A stretch of DNA of 64,000 nucleotides, taken from contig CBDCDC010000001.1 of NCBI GenBank assembly GCA_965215195.1, positions 256,001 to 320,000 on the forward strand, written 5' to 3'. Shown here piece by piece: positions 26,637 through 37,445 of this stretch. The first letter of the stretch is position 1. Each line of letters begins with the position of its first letter. The DNA is from Candidatus Latescibacterota bacterium. Lineage in GTDB: Bacteria; Latescibacterota; UBA2968; UBA8231. The notes beneath the pieces are model-generated. The model saw only the letters and a list, made by a program, of their open reading frames with translations, did no database searches and was not told the DNA's origin. The translations under genes and the position numbers were made by a program.

Positions 26637-28472
26637 ATGCTCGCGCCCTACCCCCGCATTCCCTACGGCGAGGCGGACTTCAAGCGCATCCGCGTGAATC
26701 GCTGGCTGTACGTGGACAAGACCCGCTTCCTGCGGCCGTTGGAGGATGAACGCTACGTCGTCCTGCTCCGCCCCCGGCGCTTCGGCAAGACCTGCTGGGT
26801 GTCGCTACTGGAAAACTATTACGACCGCACCCGCGCCGACGCCTTTGAGGCGGTCTTCAGCGGCACCGACATCGGCCGCCGCCCCACCGCAGACCGCCAC
26901 CGCTACGTCATCCTGCGCTTCAACTTTTCCGCGTTTGACGATGCCCTCGAAACCTTGCGGGAGCGCTTCGAGGGCTATTGCGAAGATGAGCTCTACCTCG
27001 CGCTGGAGCGGAATCGCGACTTGTTTCCCGAAGCGGCGAAGCAACGCATCCTCGCGCCGCCCTCCATCGACGGCAAGCTCAACAGGCTGTTCCAATACGC
27101 CGGCGACTGCGGCATCTTGCTCTACGTGCTGGTGGACGAGTACGACAACTTCGCCAACACGGTGCTGGCGCATCACGGCGAGGAGGCGTACCAGTCGTTC
27201 ACGCACGGCGGCGGCTTCTACCGCAGCTTCTTCGCCACGCTCAAGGCCGGCACCGAGCGCAGCGATGGCGGCTTGGAGCGCCTGTTCATCACCGGCGTGT
27301 CGCCCGTAACCCTCGACGATGTCACCAGCGGCTTCAACATCGGCAGCAACGTCAGCTTGGAGCCGGAGTTCAACGAGATGGTCGGCTTCACCGAGGACGA
27401 GGTGCGCGGCCTGCTGGAGACGTATCGGGAGCACGGCGTGTTCGACCAAGACGTGGACGCGGCTTTGGGGGTGATGGGGGAGTGGTACAACGGCTACCGG
27501 TTCGCTCGGGAGGCCACGGGCGACCTCTACAACACGGACATGGTCCTCTATTACATAAAGAAGTCCATTTCGCTGGGGCACATGCCGGATCAGTTGATCG
27601 ACCACAACGTCCGCATCGACTACAGCAAGCTGCGCCATTTGCTGGTGGCCGGCCAAGAAACGGCCGCTCGTGAACGAGCCGCCTCGGCGGCCCTCCCAAG
27701 CAGCCAACGCGCCGCGCCGCAAGCGGTGCGCCCAAACGGCAACTTCGACCTGCTGCGCGCCGTCATCGGCGAGGGACAGGCGCTCGCCATGATCGAACCA
27801 AGCTTCCCCTTAGAGCGGCTGACCGTGCGGGACAACTTCCTTTCCCTGCTGTACTACTTCGGCCTGCTCAGCATCCGCGGCGTTTCCGAGGGCTTGCCCC
27901 GCCTCGGCGTTCCCAACCAAACCGTCTGGCGGCTGATGTACGGCTACCTGAACGACGCCTACCGAGACCTGGGCGTGTTCTCCGTTGGAAAGTACGAGTT
28001 CTCCCGCTTGGCGCACGAAATGGCCTACCGGGGGGCTTGGCGTCCGGCCTTCGAGTTCCTGCGCGACGCCCTTGTCGAGCAGACCGGCATCCGCGACTAC
28101 ATCGACGGCGAGAAGGTGGTGCAGACCTTTCTCGCCACCTACTTTGGCTTGCCGGACTACTTCCAGCCTCGTTCCGAACCCGAACTGAACATGGGCTACG
28201 CCGATCTCTACTTGGCCCCGAACTTGGCTCAGCACCCCGGCATGGCCTACGCCTATGTGATCGAACTGAAGTACATCAAGCGCAGCGAGTCCCTGAGCGA
28301 GTCCCTGATGGCCGACACCACGCGGGCGGCCCAGGAGCAACTGCGGCACTACTTGGCGGACGGGAGCCTGCGCCGCCGGCATCCGTCGGTGCAGCACGTC
28401 GGCGTGGCCGTGGTGTTCCACGGTTGGGAGATGGTGGCCTGCGAGGCGGCCGAGGGCGACCTTGGGGATTGA
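26637..28472 (+). CDS. AAA-ATPase-like protein with C-terminal PD-(D/E)XK nuclease domain
   Basis: IPYGEADF, YVDKT, RPRRFGKT, LVDEYD, LFITGVSP, TSGFNI, WYNGYRF, GYADLYL...VIELKY. Confidence 0.9.
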   Translation: MLAPYPRIPYGEADFKRIRVNRWLYVDKTRFLRPLEDERYVVLLRPRRFGKTCWVSLLENYYDRTRADAFEAVFSGTDIGRRPTADRHRYVILRFNFSAFDDALETLRERFEGYCEDELYLALERNRDLFPEAAKQRILAPPSIDGKLNRLFQYAGDCGILLYVLVDEYDNFANTVLAHHGEEAYQSFTHGGGFYRSFFATLKAGTERSDGGLERLFITGVSPVTLDDVTSGFNIGSNVSLEPEFNEMVGFTEDEVRGLLETYREHGVFDQDVDAALGVMGEWYNGYRFAREATGDLYNTDMVLYYIKKSISLGHMPDQLIDHNVRIDYSKLRHLLVAGQETAARERAASAALPSSQRAAPQAVRPNGNFDLLRAVIGEGQALAMIEPSFPLERLTVRDNFLSLLYYFGLLSIRGVSEGLPRLGVPNQTVWRLMYGYLNDAYRDLGVFSVGKYEFSRLAHEMAYRGAWRPAFEFLRDALVEQTGIRDYIDGEKVVQTFLATYFGLPDYFQPRSEPELNMGYADLYLAPNLAQHPGMAYAYVIELKYIKRSESLSESLMADTTRAAQEQLRHYLADGSLRRRHPSVQHVGVAVVFHGWEMVACEAAEGDLGD

Positions 28473-28788
28473 AACATGGAGCGGGTGATAAATAGGACTT
28501 ACGCATGATTTTTTACAAAGCGTACCTCCCCGTCCCCAGACCAGCTTGGAGGGGTCTATGAGCCATCCGACGCGCTTGGCTTACCCTTGACCCATTTCGC
28601 CGCTCATAGCGCACGGTTCCCGCATGATCCGATTAACCGCTATCGATCCGGTGATCGCATTCCGCCTCGCTTGGTCAGGTGGACTGTAGCTATCTCACTT
28701 TAGCAAGACAAGCTCGGCTCGCGCCCCGCGCACAGACGCCGCCTTGGGCTTGCTTGTAGTTCCCCCAAATTGACCTATCTTCTCAAGG

Positions 28789-30987
28789 ATGTTCAACTCT
28801 GAGCGAGAAGCAACGCTTGAGCCGCAGACCATAGAGGCCCTTGTGCGCGGCGAATGCGCCGATGTGTTCGCGGTCTTGGGCATGCACCCTTTAGACGAGG
28901 GGTGGGTGGTGCGCGCGTTCTTGCCCGATGCGGCGAGTGTGCGGGTCGTGGAGCGGGGGGGGCAAAACGCGAGCTTTCCGGCCGCCAAAATCCATGCCGA
29001 GGGGCTGTTTGAGGCGCGGGTCGCCGGCCGCAGCAAGCCCTTTGCCTACCATCTAGCGGTGGCAGACGCGCAGGGCGCGGTTCGCTACTGCCGCGACCCG
29101 TACTCGTTCTGGCCGCAGTGCGCGCCCCAAGACCAATACCTCTTCAACGAAGGAACGCACTACCGCGCCTACGAGGTGCTAGGGGCGCATCCGCGCTGCA
29201 TCGACGGGGCGGCGGGCACGTATTTCGCGGTGTGGGCACCAAGTGCCCGCCGGGTCAGCGTGGTCGGCGATTTCAACGGCTGGGACGGTCGGCGGCACTG
29301 CATGCGCCCGCCGGGCGCGGCCGGAATCTGGGAACTGTTCGTCCCCGAGGTGGGCGCGGGCGCGCTCTACAAGTACGAAATCCTCAGCCGCGACGGCCCC
29401 GTGCTGCTCAAGAGCGATCCCTTTGCCTTTGCGGCCGAGCAGCCGCCCCGCACCGCTTCCGCGGTCTGCCGAGCGGATGCGTTCGCCTGGGGCGACAGCG
29501 CGTGGATGGCCGAGCGACGGAAGCGCAACTGGCAGGAAGCTCCCCTCGCCATATACGAGGTGCATCTCGGGTCTTGGCGACGCGACGGCAATGCCTATCT
29601 CGACTATCGCGCGCTGGCTCACCAATTGGTCGCCCACGTGGCCGAACTGGGCTTTACCCACATCGAGCTGATGCCGGTGGCCGAGCATCCCTTTGACGGC
29701 TCGTGGGGCTATCAAGGAACTGGGTACTTCGCTCCGAGTGCGCGCTTTGGCACCCCCGAGGACTTTGCTTATTTCATCGACTATTGCCACCGCCACGCAA
29801 TCGGCGTGATCCTCGACTGGGTGCCCGGGCACTTCCCCGACGATGCCCACGGCTTGGCCCAGTTCGACGGCACCAGCCTCTACGAGCACTGCGATCCGCG
29901 CCAAGGGCGGCATCCCGATTGGCAGACTTGTATATTCAACTACGGCCGCGCCGAAGTCCGCTCCTTTCTCATTTCCAACGCCCTTTTTTGGCTCGAGCGC
30001 TTTCACCTCGACGGCCTGCGGGTTGATGCGGTGGCTTCCATGCTCTACCGCGACTACTCGCGCTTAGAAGGGGAATGGGTGCCCAACGCCTATGGCGGGC
30101 GCGAAAACCTCGAAGCCATTGACTTCCTCAAACAGCTCAACACAGCCATCGGCGAGCACTGCCCGGGGGCCTTGATGATCGCCGAGGAATCAACCGCTTG
30201 GCCGGAAGTTTCCCGACCGGCCGACGCCGGAGGCCTCGGCTTTGGCTTCAAGTGGAACATGGGCTGGATGAACGACGTGCTCGGCTACATGCAGCGCGAT
30301 CCGATCCACCGCCGCCACCACCAAGCCGACCTGACCTTTGGCATGCTCTACGCCTATTGCGAAAACTTCGTGTTGCCCCTGTCGCACGACGAGGTTGTAC
30401 ACGGCAAGCGCTCGCTCTTGAACAAGATGCCCGGGGACGCTTGGCAGCAACTGGCCAACTTGCGCTTGCTCTACGGCTTTATGTACGGGCACCCGGGCAA
30501 GAAGCTGCTGTTTATGGGAGCCGAGCTGGCCCAGTGGGAAGAGTGGGATCACCAAGGCGAGCTGCCCTGGCACCTGCTCGACGACGAGCCCCACCGCGGC
30601 GTCTATCGCTGGCTCTGCGATCTCAACCGGCTCTATCGCCAGTGCGCGGCCCTGCACCGCACCGACGCCCACCCCGACGGTTTTGAGTGGATCGACTGCT
30701 CGGACTCTGCACAGAGCATCGCGGCTTTTGCGCGCCGCGCCGAGGGCGAAAAACCCCTGATCTTCGCCTGCAATTTTACCCCAGTCCCCCGTGCGGACTA
30801 CCGGCTCGGGCTGCCGGTCGCCGGGCCGTACCGCGAGGTGCTCAACAGCGACGCCGAAGTCTATGGCGGCAGCGGCGTGGGCCACGGCGGCTGGGTGCAA
30901 ACCGAGGAAGTCGCCTGCCACGGCCGGCCGCATTCGGCGCGGTTGCACCTGCCGCCGCTAGGCGCGTTGGTTCTAGAGCCTCAGTAG
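28789..30987 (+). CDS. glgB: 1,4-alpha-glucan branching enzyme
   Basis: FAVWAPSA, YEVHLGSW, SWGYQ, LDWVPGHFP, DGLRVDAVASM, IAEESTAW, LSHDEVVHGK. Confidence 0.97.
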   Translation: MFNSEREATLEPQTIEALVRGECADVFAVLGMHPLDEGWVVRAFLPDAASVRVVERGGQNASFPAAKIHAEGLFEARVAGRSKPFAYHLAVADAQGAVRYCRDPYSFWPQCAPQDQYLFNEGTHYRAYEVLGAHPRCIDGAAGTYFAVWAPSARRVSVVGDFNGWDGRRHCMRPPGAAGIWELFVPEVGAGALYKYEILSRDGPVLLKSDPFAFAAEQPPRTASAVCRADAFAWGDSAWMAERRKRNWQEAPLAIYEVHLGSWRRDGNAYLDYRALAHQLVAHVAELGFTHIELMPVAEHPFDGSWGYQGTGYFAPSARFGTPEDFAYFIDYCHRHAIGVILDWVPGHFPDDAHGLAQFDGTSLYEHCDPRQGRHPDWQTCIFNYGRAEVRSFLISNALFWLERFHLDGLRVDAVASMLYRDYSRLEGEWVPNAYGGRENLEAIDFLKQLNTAIGEHCPGALMIAEESTAWPEVSRPADAGGLGFGFKWNMGWMNDVLGYMQRDPIHRRHHQADLTFGMLYAYCENFVLPLSHDEVVHGKRSLLNKMPGDAWQQLANLRLLYGFMYGHPGKKLLFMGAELAQWEEWDHQGELPWHLLDDEPHRGVYRWLCDLNRLYRQCAALHRTDAHPDGFEWIDCSDSAQSIAAFARRAEGEKPLIFACNFTPVPRADYRLGLPVAGPYREVLNSDAEVYGGSGVGHGGWVQTEEVACHGRPHSARLHLPPLGALVLEPQ

Positions 30988-31074
30988 AGCGATGCTAATT
31001 TGCCATGCTTGAAAAACGCGCCCAATGTCGGAGTTCAGCCGAGCTATTGGCCAGATCCACTCCAAGTGCTTGCG

Positions 31075-31905
31075 ATGATTTCACACCGTGAACTGCGGCG
31101 GCTCGGCCAACAGCGCCTCGCCCTGATCGGCGGCGCGGTCTTGGCCGGGGCGTTTATCGTCGCGCTGCTAGCGCCGCTGCTGGCGCCATACGATCCCCTC
31201 GCGCAAAACCTCTACGCACGCTTGCAGCCGCCGTCGGCGAGCCATTGGCTGGGGACGGACGACTTTGGCCGCGACATCTTCAGCCGCATCGCGTACGGCA
31301 CCCGCATCTCGCTGCGGATCGGGCTGGTCGCCATCGCGCTGGCCGCTTCCACCGGCACCTTGCTCGGCCTCGTGGCCGGGTATCGCGGCGGGATCGCCGA
31401 CATGCTCATCATGCGGCTGATGGACCTGATGCTGGCCTTCCCCAGCATCCTATTGGCCATTGCCATCGTCGCCGTCATCGGCCCGGGCATCGACAATGCC
31501 ATTCTCGCCGTCAGCATCGTGTTGGTGCCGCAATTTGCCCGCCTCATGCGCTCCTCGGTGTTGACCGTGCGCGAGGCCGCGTACGTCGAGGCCACACGCG
31601 CACTGGGGGCGAGCGAATCGCGGCTGCTGTTCCACAGCATTTTGCCCAACTGCACGGTCCCGCTCATCGTGCAAGCCACGCTCAGCTTGGGCACGGCCAT
31701 TCTCGACGCGGCCGGATTGAGCTTTTTGGGCTTGGGGGCCCAGCCGCCGGCCCCAGAGTGGGGGGCCATGCTATCCGGGGGGCGCGAGTTGCTCTTACAA
31801 GCGCCTTGGGTCATGGCCTTTCCCGGGCTGGCCATCTTCGCGGTGGTCCTCGCGCTCAACCTCTTTGGCGACGGGCTTAGAGACGCCTTGGATCCAAAAA
31901 TTTAG
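31075..31905 (+). CDS. dppC: Peptide ABC transporter permease (DppC-like)
   Basis: HWLGTDDFGRDIFSRI, YVEATRALG, AGLSFLGLGAQPP..EWG, NLFGDGLRDALDP. Confidence 0.9.
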   Translation: MISHRELRRLGQQRLALIGGAVLAGAFIVALLAPLLAPYDPLAQNLYARLQPPSASHWLGTDDFGRDIFSRIAYGTRISLRIGLVAIALAASTGTLLGLVAGYRGGIADMLIMRLMDLMLAFPSILLAIAIVAVIGPGIDNAILAVSIVLVPQFARLMRSSVLTVREAAYVEATRALGASESRLLFHSILPNCTVPLIVQATLSLGTAILDAAGLSFLGLGAQPPAPEWGAMLSGGRELLLQAPWVMAFPGLAIFAVVLALNLFGDGLRDALDPKI

Positions 31906-31929
31906 ACTTGCCACCAACGGAGACCGCAG

Positions 31930-33171
31930 ATGAGCCCAATTCCTGCACAATCTACTGCCCCGGCGCACATTGAATACCTGACGGTGCAGAATTTCCGCAC
32001 CCTGCGAAGTGTCGAGTTTAGAAACCTGACGCCGCTAACGGTGCTGCTTGGTCCCAACGGTAGCGGTAAGTCAACGGTGTTTGACGTATTCGCTTTTCTG
32101 GCGGAATGCTTCGAGTTGGGGCTGCACCGCGCTTGGGATAAGCGCGGGCGGGGCCAAGAGCTCAAGTCCCGAGGCGGGGACGGGCCGGTAGTCATTGAGA
32201 TCAAGTACCGAGAGCAACCGGGACAGCCGCTCATCACCTATCACTTGGCCGTCGACGAACACAACCGAGCCCCAGTGGTCGCAGAAGAGTGGTTGCAATG
32301 GCGACGGGGCCAACGCGGAAAGCCGTTTCGCTTTCTCCAATACGAGCGCGGTCAAGGCCGGGCGGTCAGCGGCGATCAGCCAGACGAACGGGACAAGCGG
32401 ATAGAAATCCCCCTCAATGCACCCGACCTACTGGCGGTCAATGCACTGGGACAGTTCGCCGAGCATCCGTGCGTGGCAGCCCTGCGCCAGTTCATTACCG
32501 GCTGGCATGTGTCCTACCTCTCGGCAGACAGCGCACGCGGTCAACCCGAAACCGGGCCGCAGGAGCAGTTGAGCAAAACGGGCGACAATCTCGCCAATGT
32601 CATCCAATACTTGGCCGAGCAGCACCCCGAGCGGCTCGAGCGCATCTTCTCGGTGTTGCGCCAGCGCGTACCGCGCATTGAAAAGGTGCTGGCCGAGACC
32701 ATGCGCGACGGCCGCCTGCTGTTGCAAATCAAGGACGCTCCGTTCAGCCACTCGGTGCTGGCGCGATTCGCCTCCGACGGTACGCTCAAAATGCTGGCCT
32801 ATTTGGTGCTGCTCCACGACCCGATCCCACCGCCCTTTATCGGCATTGAGGAGCCGGAAAACTTCCTCCACCCCCGGCTGCTTGTGGACCTGGCCGAGGA
32901 GTGCCGCGCCGCCGGCGAGCGCACCCAACTACTGGTCACCACGCATTCGCCGTTCTTCCTCAACGCCTTACAATCCAAAGAGGTGCGCGTCCTCTGGCGC
33001 GACGAGCAAGGCTACGCGCAAACGCAATGCGTCGCAGATATGGAGAATGTTCGTGCGTTCATGGACCAAGGGGCGCTGCTCGGCCACCTGTGGATGGAGG
33101 GCCACTTCAACGTGGGCGATCCACTGGTCAACCAAGGCGGGGCCACTGTACCATTCAGCGGGGATGAATGA
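31930..33171 (+). CDS. ABC-type (AAA_21-like) ATPase of putative ATPase/TOPRIM defence or TA pair
   Basis: NFRTL, Walker [17 protein letters not shown], Walker B IGIEEPE, TTHSP. Confidence 0.88.
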   Translation: MSPIPAQSTAPAHIEYLTVQNFRTLRSVEFRNLTPLTVLLGPNGSGKSTVFDVFAFLAECFELGLHRAWDKRGRGQELKSRGGDGPVVIEIKYREQPGQPLITYHLAVDEHNRAPVVAEEWLQWRRGQRGKPFRFLQYERGQGRAVSGDQPDERDKRIEIPLNAPDLLAVNALGQFAEHPCVAALRQFITGWHVSYLSADSARGQPETGPQEQLSKTGDNLANVIQYLAEQHPERLERIFSVLRQRVPRIEKVLAETMRDGRLLLQIKDAPFSHSVLARFASDGTLKMLAYLVLLHDPIPPPFIGIEEPENFLHPRLLVDLAEECRAAGERTQLLVTTHSPFFLNALQSKEVRVLWRDEQGYAQTQCVADMENVRAFMDQGALLGHLWMEGHFNVGDPLVNQGGATVPFSGDE

Positions 33172-35246
33172 TGGCGAATCCACATCTGGAGTTTCTGGTC
33201 GAAGAGCCTTCTATGGAGGCATTCCTGCATGAATTACTTCCGCGCCTGTTTCCCGAAAGCTGCCCCTTCTTTCGCATCCATGCATTTCAGGGCAAGAAGG
33301 ACATGTTGGATAAATTACAGGATCGTCTAAAGGGCTATGCCCATTGGCCGTCGAATTATGGGCGTATCGTCGTGGTGATCCTCCCCCTGCTTTGCGCTCT
33401 CGCGCTGGCAGCGGGCGGCTGCGCGGGTCTGCGGGGCCACAACGCGCCCGCAGAGCCGACGTACCCGGACCAAGCCATGCAATACTTTGTCAAGGCCAAG
33501 GTCTTTGAAGCCCAGCACAACTACCTCGGCGCGATAGTCGCCCTGCGCAGCGCGGCCGACCTCGACCCGACTTCGCCCACCATCTACGCCCGCCTCGCGT
33601 ACAACTACCAGCGCATCGACGACGCCCACATGGCCGCCCACTTTGCGCGCCAGGGCTTGGCATTGGACGGCAGCCAAGTGAGGTTGCGCCGCCTGCTGAT
33701 TCGGATCTTGGAGCACGAAGGCGACCACGAGGCCGCCATCGGCCACATCGAAGAGCTGCTGCGCTACGAGCCGGACAATTGGCCGCTCTACCGCCACTTG
33801 GCCTATCTCTACTTTGAAACGGGCCAAACCGAGCGAGTCGCTCCGCTCTTCAAGGAGGTGCTCGCCCAAGAGCAAGTGCCGCCGGAGGTCGAGGTGGACA
33901 TCGCCAGCATTTTTTCTCGCATCGGCCTGCAAAAAGAGGCCGAGCGCATCTACCGCCGGGTCCTCGCGGCCGATCCTGTGGTTGAGGACGCTTGGCTGGG
34001 CCTAGCCGAACTCAAGTTGGCGCAAGAGGACCGCCCCCAAGCTATCGCCATTTACCGAGAGGCCGCAGGCCATCTGCCCGACAGCAGCGTCCCCTACCAC
34101 TTGGCGCGGCTGATGGCCTCCGAGCACGACCTAGCGGAAATCCTCGTCGAAGAGGGTGCCGAAGTGCTCTACCACTTGGGAGTGGCCCTGTCCGAAGCCG
34201 GCAAGTACGACCAAGCCACGTTGGTCTTTAAGCGCATCGTCGAGATGCAGCCGCAAACGGTCGAGCAGTGGACCGACCTAGCGCGCTACTACATCTACTT
34301 GGAGGATTACGACTCTGCCACTGCCGTCCTCAGCCAAGCGGCAGAGGCCATGCCCGACAGCAGCGAGATTTACCTGTACTGGGGGACGGCCCTAGAGAGC
34401 ACTGGGCGCTACGACGAGGCCATCGCCGCGTACCAGCGCGGCCTCGAGCACCTGCCCGACGCGGTTGAGCTATATCTATACTGGGGACTCGCACTAGAGC
34501 AACAAGACGCTTGGCAAGAGGCCATTGGCGTCTATAGCCAAGCGCTCGCAGTGTCCCCGGGCCACGCCGACTTGCACGTGCGATGGGGCATCAGCTTGGG
34601 GCGGCAGGGGCAGTGGGAAGACGCGCTGGGCCAATACGAAACAGCGACCGCGCTCGACTCCGCGTACAGCCCGGCCTTTTTGCACTGGGGCATCGCCCTA
34701 GAGGAACTGGAGCGCTGGGAAGCGGCACTCGAGAAATTGAATCAGGCTGTCGCGCTCGCCAGCGACAAGGGCCACCCGCTTTTTTACCTCGGCTCTTGCT
34801 ATGAGCAGGCTTCGCGCAAACTTGGCCGCGACGAGTACTTCGACCGCGCAGTAGAGACCTTCCAACGCCTGTTGGAGCTCGATCCAAACGATGCCTACGC
34901 GCTCAACTACCTCGGCTACATGTACGCGGACAAGGGCATGCGGCTGACAGAAGCGGTCGCGCTCTTGGAGAAGGCGATCGCACTTGAGCCGAACAACAGC
35001 GCGTTTCTCGACAGCATGGGCTGGGCCTATTTCCGCCTCGGGGAGCTAGCCCAAGCCGAGCACTACCTGCAACAAGCCTTGGAGCTGATGGACGAGGGCG
35101 ACCCGGAGGAGCAGGCCGTGATCTTCGACCACGCTGGCGACATTGCCCGCGCCCTCGGTAAAACGGACGAGGCGCACACGCATTGGCAGAAGGTGCTGGA
35201 ACTCGCGCCCGACAACGAAGAGGTCCGGCGCAAGCTGCTGCCATGA
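33168..35246 (+). CDS. Chimeric ORF: truncated DUF4276-like N-terminus (about 70 aa) fused to a TPR-repeat lipoprotein
   Basis: [15 protein letters not shown]...[23 protein letters not shown]...RIVVVI, then lipoprotein-like [11 protein letters not shown] and many TPRs ending [11 protein letters not shown]...[13 protein letters not shown]. Confidence 0.8.
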   Translation: MMANPHLEFLVEEPSMEAFLHELLPRLFPESCPFFRIHAFQGKKDMLDKLQDRLKGYAHWPSNYGRIVVVILPLLCALALAAGGCAGLRGHNAPAEPTYPDQAMQYFVKAKVFEAQHNYLGAIVALRSAADLDPTSPTIYARLAYNYQRIDDAHMAAHFARQGLALDGSQVRLRRLLIRILEHEGDHEAAIGHIEELLRYEPDNWPLYRHLAYLYFETGQTERVAPLFKEVLAQEQVPPEVEVDIASIFSRIGLQKEAERIYRRVLAADPVVEDAWLGLAELKLAQEDRPQAIAIYREAAGHLPDSSVPYHLARLMASEHDLAEILVEEGAEVLYHLGVALSEAGKYDQATLVFKRIVEMQPQTVEQWTDLARYYIYLEDYDSATAVLSQAAEAMPDSSEIYLYWGTALESTGRYDEAIAAYQRGLEHLPDAVELYLYWGLALEQQDAWQEAIGVYSQALAVSPGHADLHVRWGISLGRQGQWEDALGQYETATALDSAYSPAFLHWGIALEELERWEAALEKLNQAVALASDKGHPLFYLGSCYEQASRKLGRDEYFDRAVETFQRLLELDPNDAYALNYLGYMYADKGMRLTEAVALLEKAIALEPNNSAFLDSMGWAYFRLGELAQAEHYLQQALELMDEGDPEEQAVIFDHAGDIARALGKTDEAHTHWQKVLELAPDNEEVRRKLLP

Positions 35247-35977
35247 AGTGGTTCGCGCTCTGCGCCCTAGCGCTAGCTTGCGCGCCGCCGCCGGTGGTGC
35301 GGGAGGGCTGGGATGCGGCCGAGGGGCCGGCCGCCTTGCTCGCGGCCTCGGCGTCCCTCGCCCAGCTCGCGGACCTGACGGCGGAAGCGGCCATTGAGCT
35401 GCGGCGCGGCCCAATGCGCGATCAGGGCACGGCCCTCGTGCAGCTAATCAATCCCGATCTCTTCCGCATCGAAGTGCGCGGCCCCTTTTTCACGCACATT
35501 TTTACGGCCCTGCTCGAAGGCGACAGCCTGACTGTGTACGGCCGGGCCGTGGATCCGCCCTTAAAAGGACCGATGCGCGGCCGGTTGCTGACTACGCTGA
35601 CCGGGCTGGATTTTGGGTCATGCGACCTGCGCTACGCCTTGCTCGGCCTCGTCGAGCCGGGTTCCATAGCCGGGCCGGTCGAGTATCCGCACGCCGACCA
35701 AGCAGTAGTCGCGCTCACCGGAGGGCGGCGGGCGTGGCTGGATTTGCGTCGCGGCTTGGTGTTGCGCGAGAGCATCCCGCTGCCCGGGGGCGATGTCCTG
35801 CTCCGCGAGCTAAGGGAATACCGCCGCGAGGACGCGCTTTACTTGCCGCGCCGAGTGGAAATACGCCAAGCCGATGTGTCGCTAGTGTTGGATTACAAAC
35901 GCTATGCCTTCAACAGTGGGCTGGACGCCAGCCAATTGCAGCAGGGACTACCTGAGGGAGTGATGCGAGTGCCGTGA
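35243..35977 (+). CDS. LolB-like/DUF4292-like outer-membrane lipoprotein
   Basis: [13 protein letters not shown] lipobox; PDLFRIEVRGPF; ATGA overlap after a TPR gene is the usual context. Confidence 0.65.
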   Translation: MKWFALCALALACAPPPVVREGWDAAEGPAALLAASASLAQLADLTAEAAIELRRGPMRDQGTALVQLINPDLFRIEVRGPFFTHIFTALLEGDSLTVYGRAVDPPLKGPMRGRLLTTLTGLDFGSCDLRYALLGLVEPGSIAGPVEYPHADQAVVALTGGRRAWLDLRRGLVLRESIPLPGGDVLLRELREYRREDALYLPRRVEIRQADVSLVLDYKRYAFNSGLDASQLQQGLPEGVMRVP

Positions 35978-36045
35978 GACAGCCGCGTTGTTTGACAGCT
36001 ATAGGCTTAATGCGTACCTAAATTAACACTTCTAAGGAAATTTTT

Positions 36046-36252
36046 ATGGTTTCATATACGGACCAACAAGCACTCATTCAACAGGTGCTTCACAAGCTCC
36101 AACTACTACCGCCGGAACGCCTTGCCACGGTTGGGGACTTCGTCGATTTCCTTTATGATCAGGAGCGGGCACTAACTCAGGCTGCCTTAAAAACCGCTGA
36201 GGCCAGCTTTAATCAAGTCTGGGATAATTTAGAAGATGCAGACTACGAATAG
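36046..36252 (+). CDS. Small putative antitoxin (no toxin downstream)
   Basis: LPPERLATVGDFVDFL...AEASFNQVWDNLEDADYE; AT-rich; own TTGACA at 35992. Confidence 0.7.
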   Translation: MVSYTDQQALIQQVLHKLQLLPPERLATVGDFVDFLYDQERALTQAALKTAEASFNQVWDNLEDADYE

Positions 36253-36287
36253 AGCACTTCAACAATACATTTTTGGGAGAAAATTCT

Positions 36288-37424
36288 ATGACCAAACTCC
36301 AAGTAGGCATGATCGGCGGCGGCGGCCCCGATTCCTTTTTCGGCATGGTCCACAATCGCGCCATCGCGCTCGACGCCAGCCGCGAATTGGTCGCCGGCGC
36401 ACTGCGCTCCAACCCAGAGGCGGCCATGCGCGCTGCCTTCGACTACGGCATCCAAGGTTATCCCACCTACCAAGCGCTGTTAGAGGCGGTGCAAAGCGGC
36501 GAGCAAGCCCTCGACTACGTCACCATCGTCACTCCCAACTTCGCCCACTACGAGCCAGCCAAAGCCTTTTTGCAGGCCGGCATCCCGGTGCTCTGCGAAA
36601 AGCCCATCACCATGACGGTCGCCGAAGCCGAAGACTTGGCCCAGATCGTCGAGCGCGAGCAGGTGCCCTTTGTGCTGGCCCACACCTATACGGGCCATCC
36701 CATGATGATGCTGGCCAAGGAAATGATCCAAAGCGGCGAGATCGGTCAAGTCCGCAAGGTGGTTTCCTGGTACAACCAAGGCTGGCTGGCCACGGCCCTC
36801 GAACAGACCGGCCAGCAGCAGGCGTCTTGGCGCACCGATCCCGAGCGCACGGGCATTTCCAATTGCGGCGGCGACATTGGCACACACGCTTTCATCGCGG
36901 CAACTTGGGTGACCGGGCTGGCCGTCGAGCGGGTCTCGGCGCGGCTCAACACCTTTGTCCAAGGCCGGGTGCTCGACGACGACTTCAATGTGATCGGGGA
37001 GCTAAAAAACGGCGGCACCGCCCTGATCACGGCCACGCAGATCGCGGTTGGCTACCGCAACGACAACGGCTTCCGCGTCTTCGGCACCAAAGGCTCTATC
37101 GAATGGCATCAGGAGCGGGCCGAATGCCTGCTGGTGCGCCACGGCGATGGCCGCGACATTACCTACTGGACTGGCGCTGAATTCGACCTGCCCGCGTCGA
37201 TCGCCTCGTACTTGCGCGTACCCTCAGGGCACCACGAGGACTTCTTCCCGGCCCTCGCCAACCTCCACACCACCATTGAGCGGCTCATCCGCACGCGCCG
37301 CGGCGAACAGGACGTGCCCGCGGCCTTTCCGCATCCGGGCGTGAAGGAGGGCGTAGCGGGCATGCAATTCGTCGCGGCCGCAGTAGAATCGTCCAAAAGA
37401 AGCGGCGCGTGGACGCAGGTTTAG
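36288..37424 (+). CDS. Gfo/Idh/MocA-family oxidoreductase
   Basis: GMIGGG, IVTPNFAH, CEKP, YNQGWL, WRTDP, GDIGTHA. Confidence 0.92.
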   Translation: MTKLQVGMIGGGGPDSFFGMVHNRAIALDASRELVAGALRSNPEAAMRAAFDYGIQGYPTYQALLEAVQSGEQALDYVTIVTPNFAHYEPAKAFLQAGIPVLCEKPITMTVAEAEDLAQIVEREQVPFVLAHTYTGHPMMMLAKEMIQSGEIGQVRKVVSWYNQGWLATALEQTGQQQASWRTDPERTGISNCGGDIGTHAFIAATWVTGLAVERVSARLNTFVQGRVLDDDFNVIGELKNGGTALITATQIAVGYRNDNGFRVFGTKGSIEWHQERAECLLVRHGDGRDITYWTGAEFDLPASIASYLRVPSGHHEDFFPALANLHTTIERLIRTRRGEQDVPAAFPHPGVKEGVAGMQFVAAAVESSKRSGAWTQV

Positions 37425-37445
37425 TGGGCGTCGCTCTTTGCGAAT

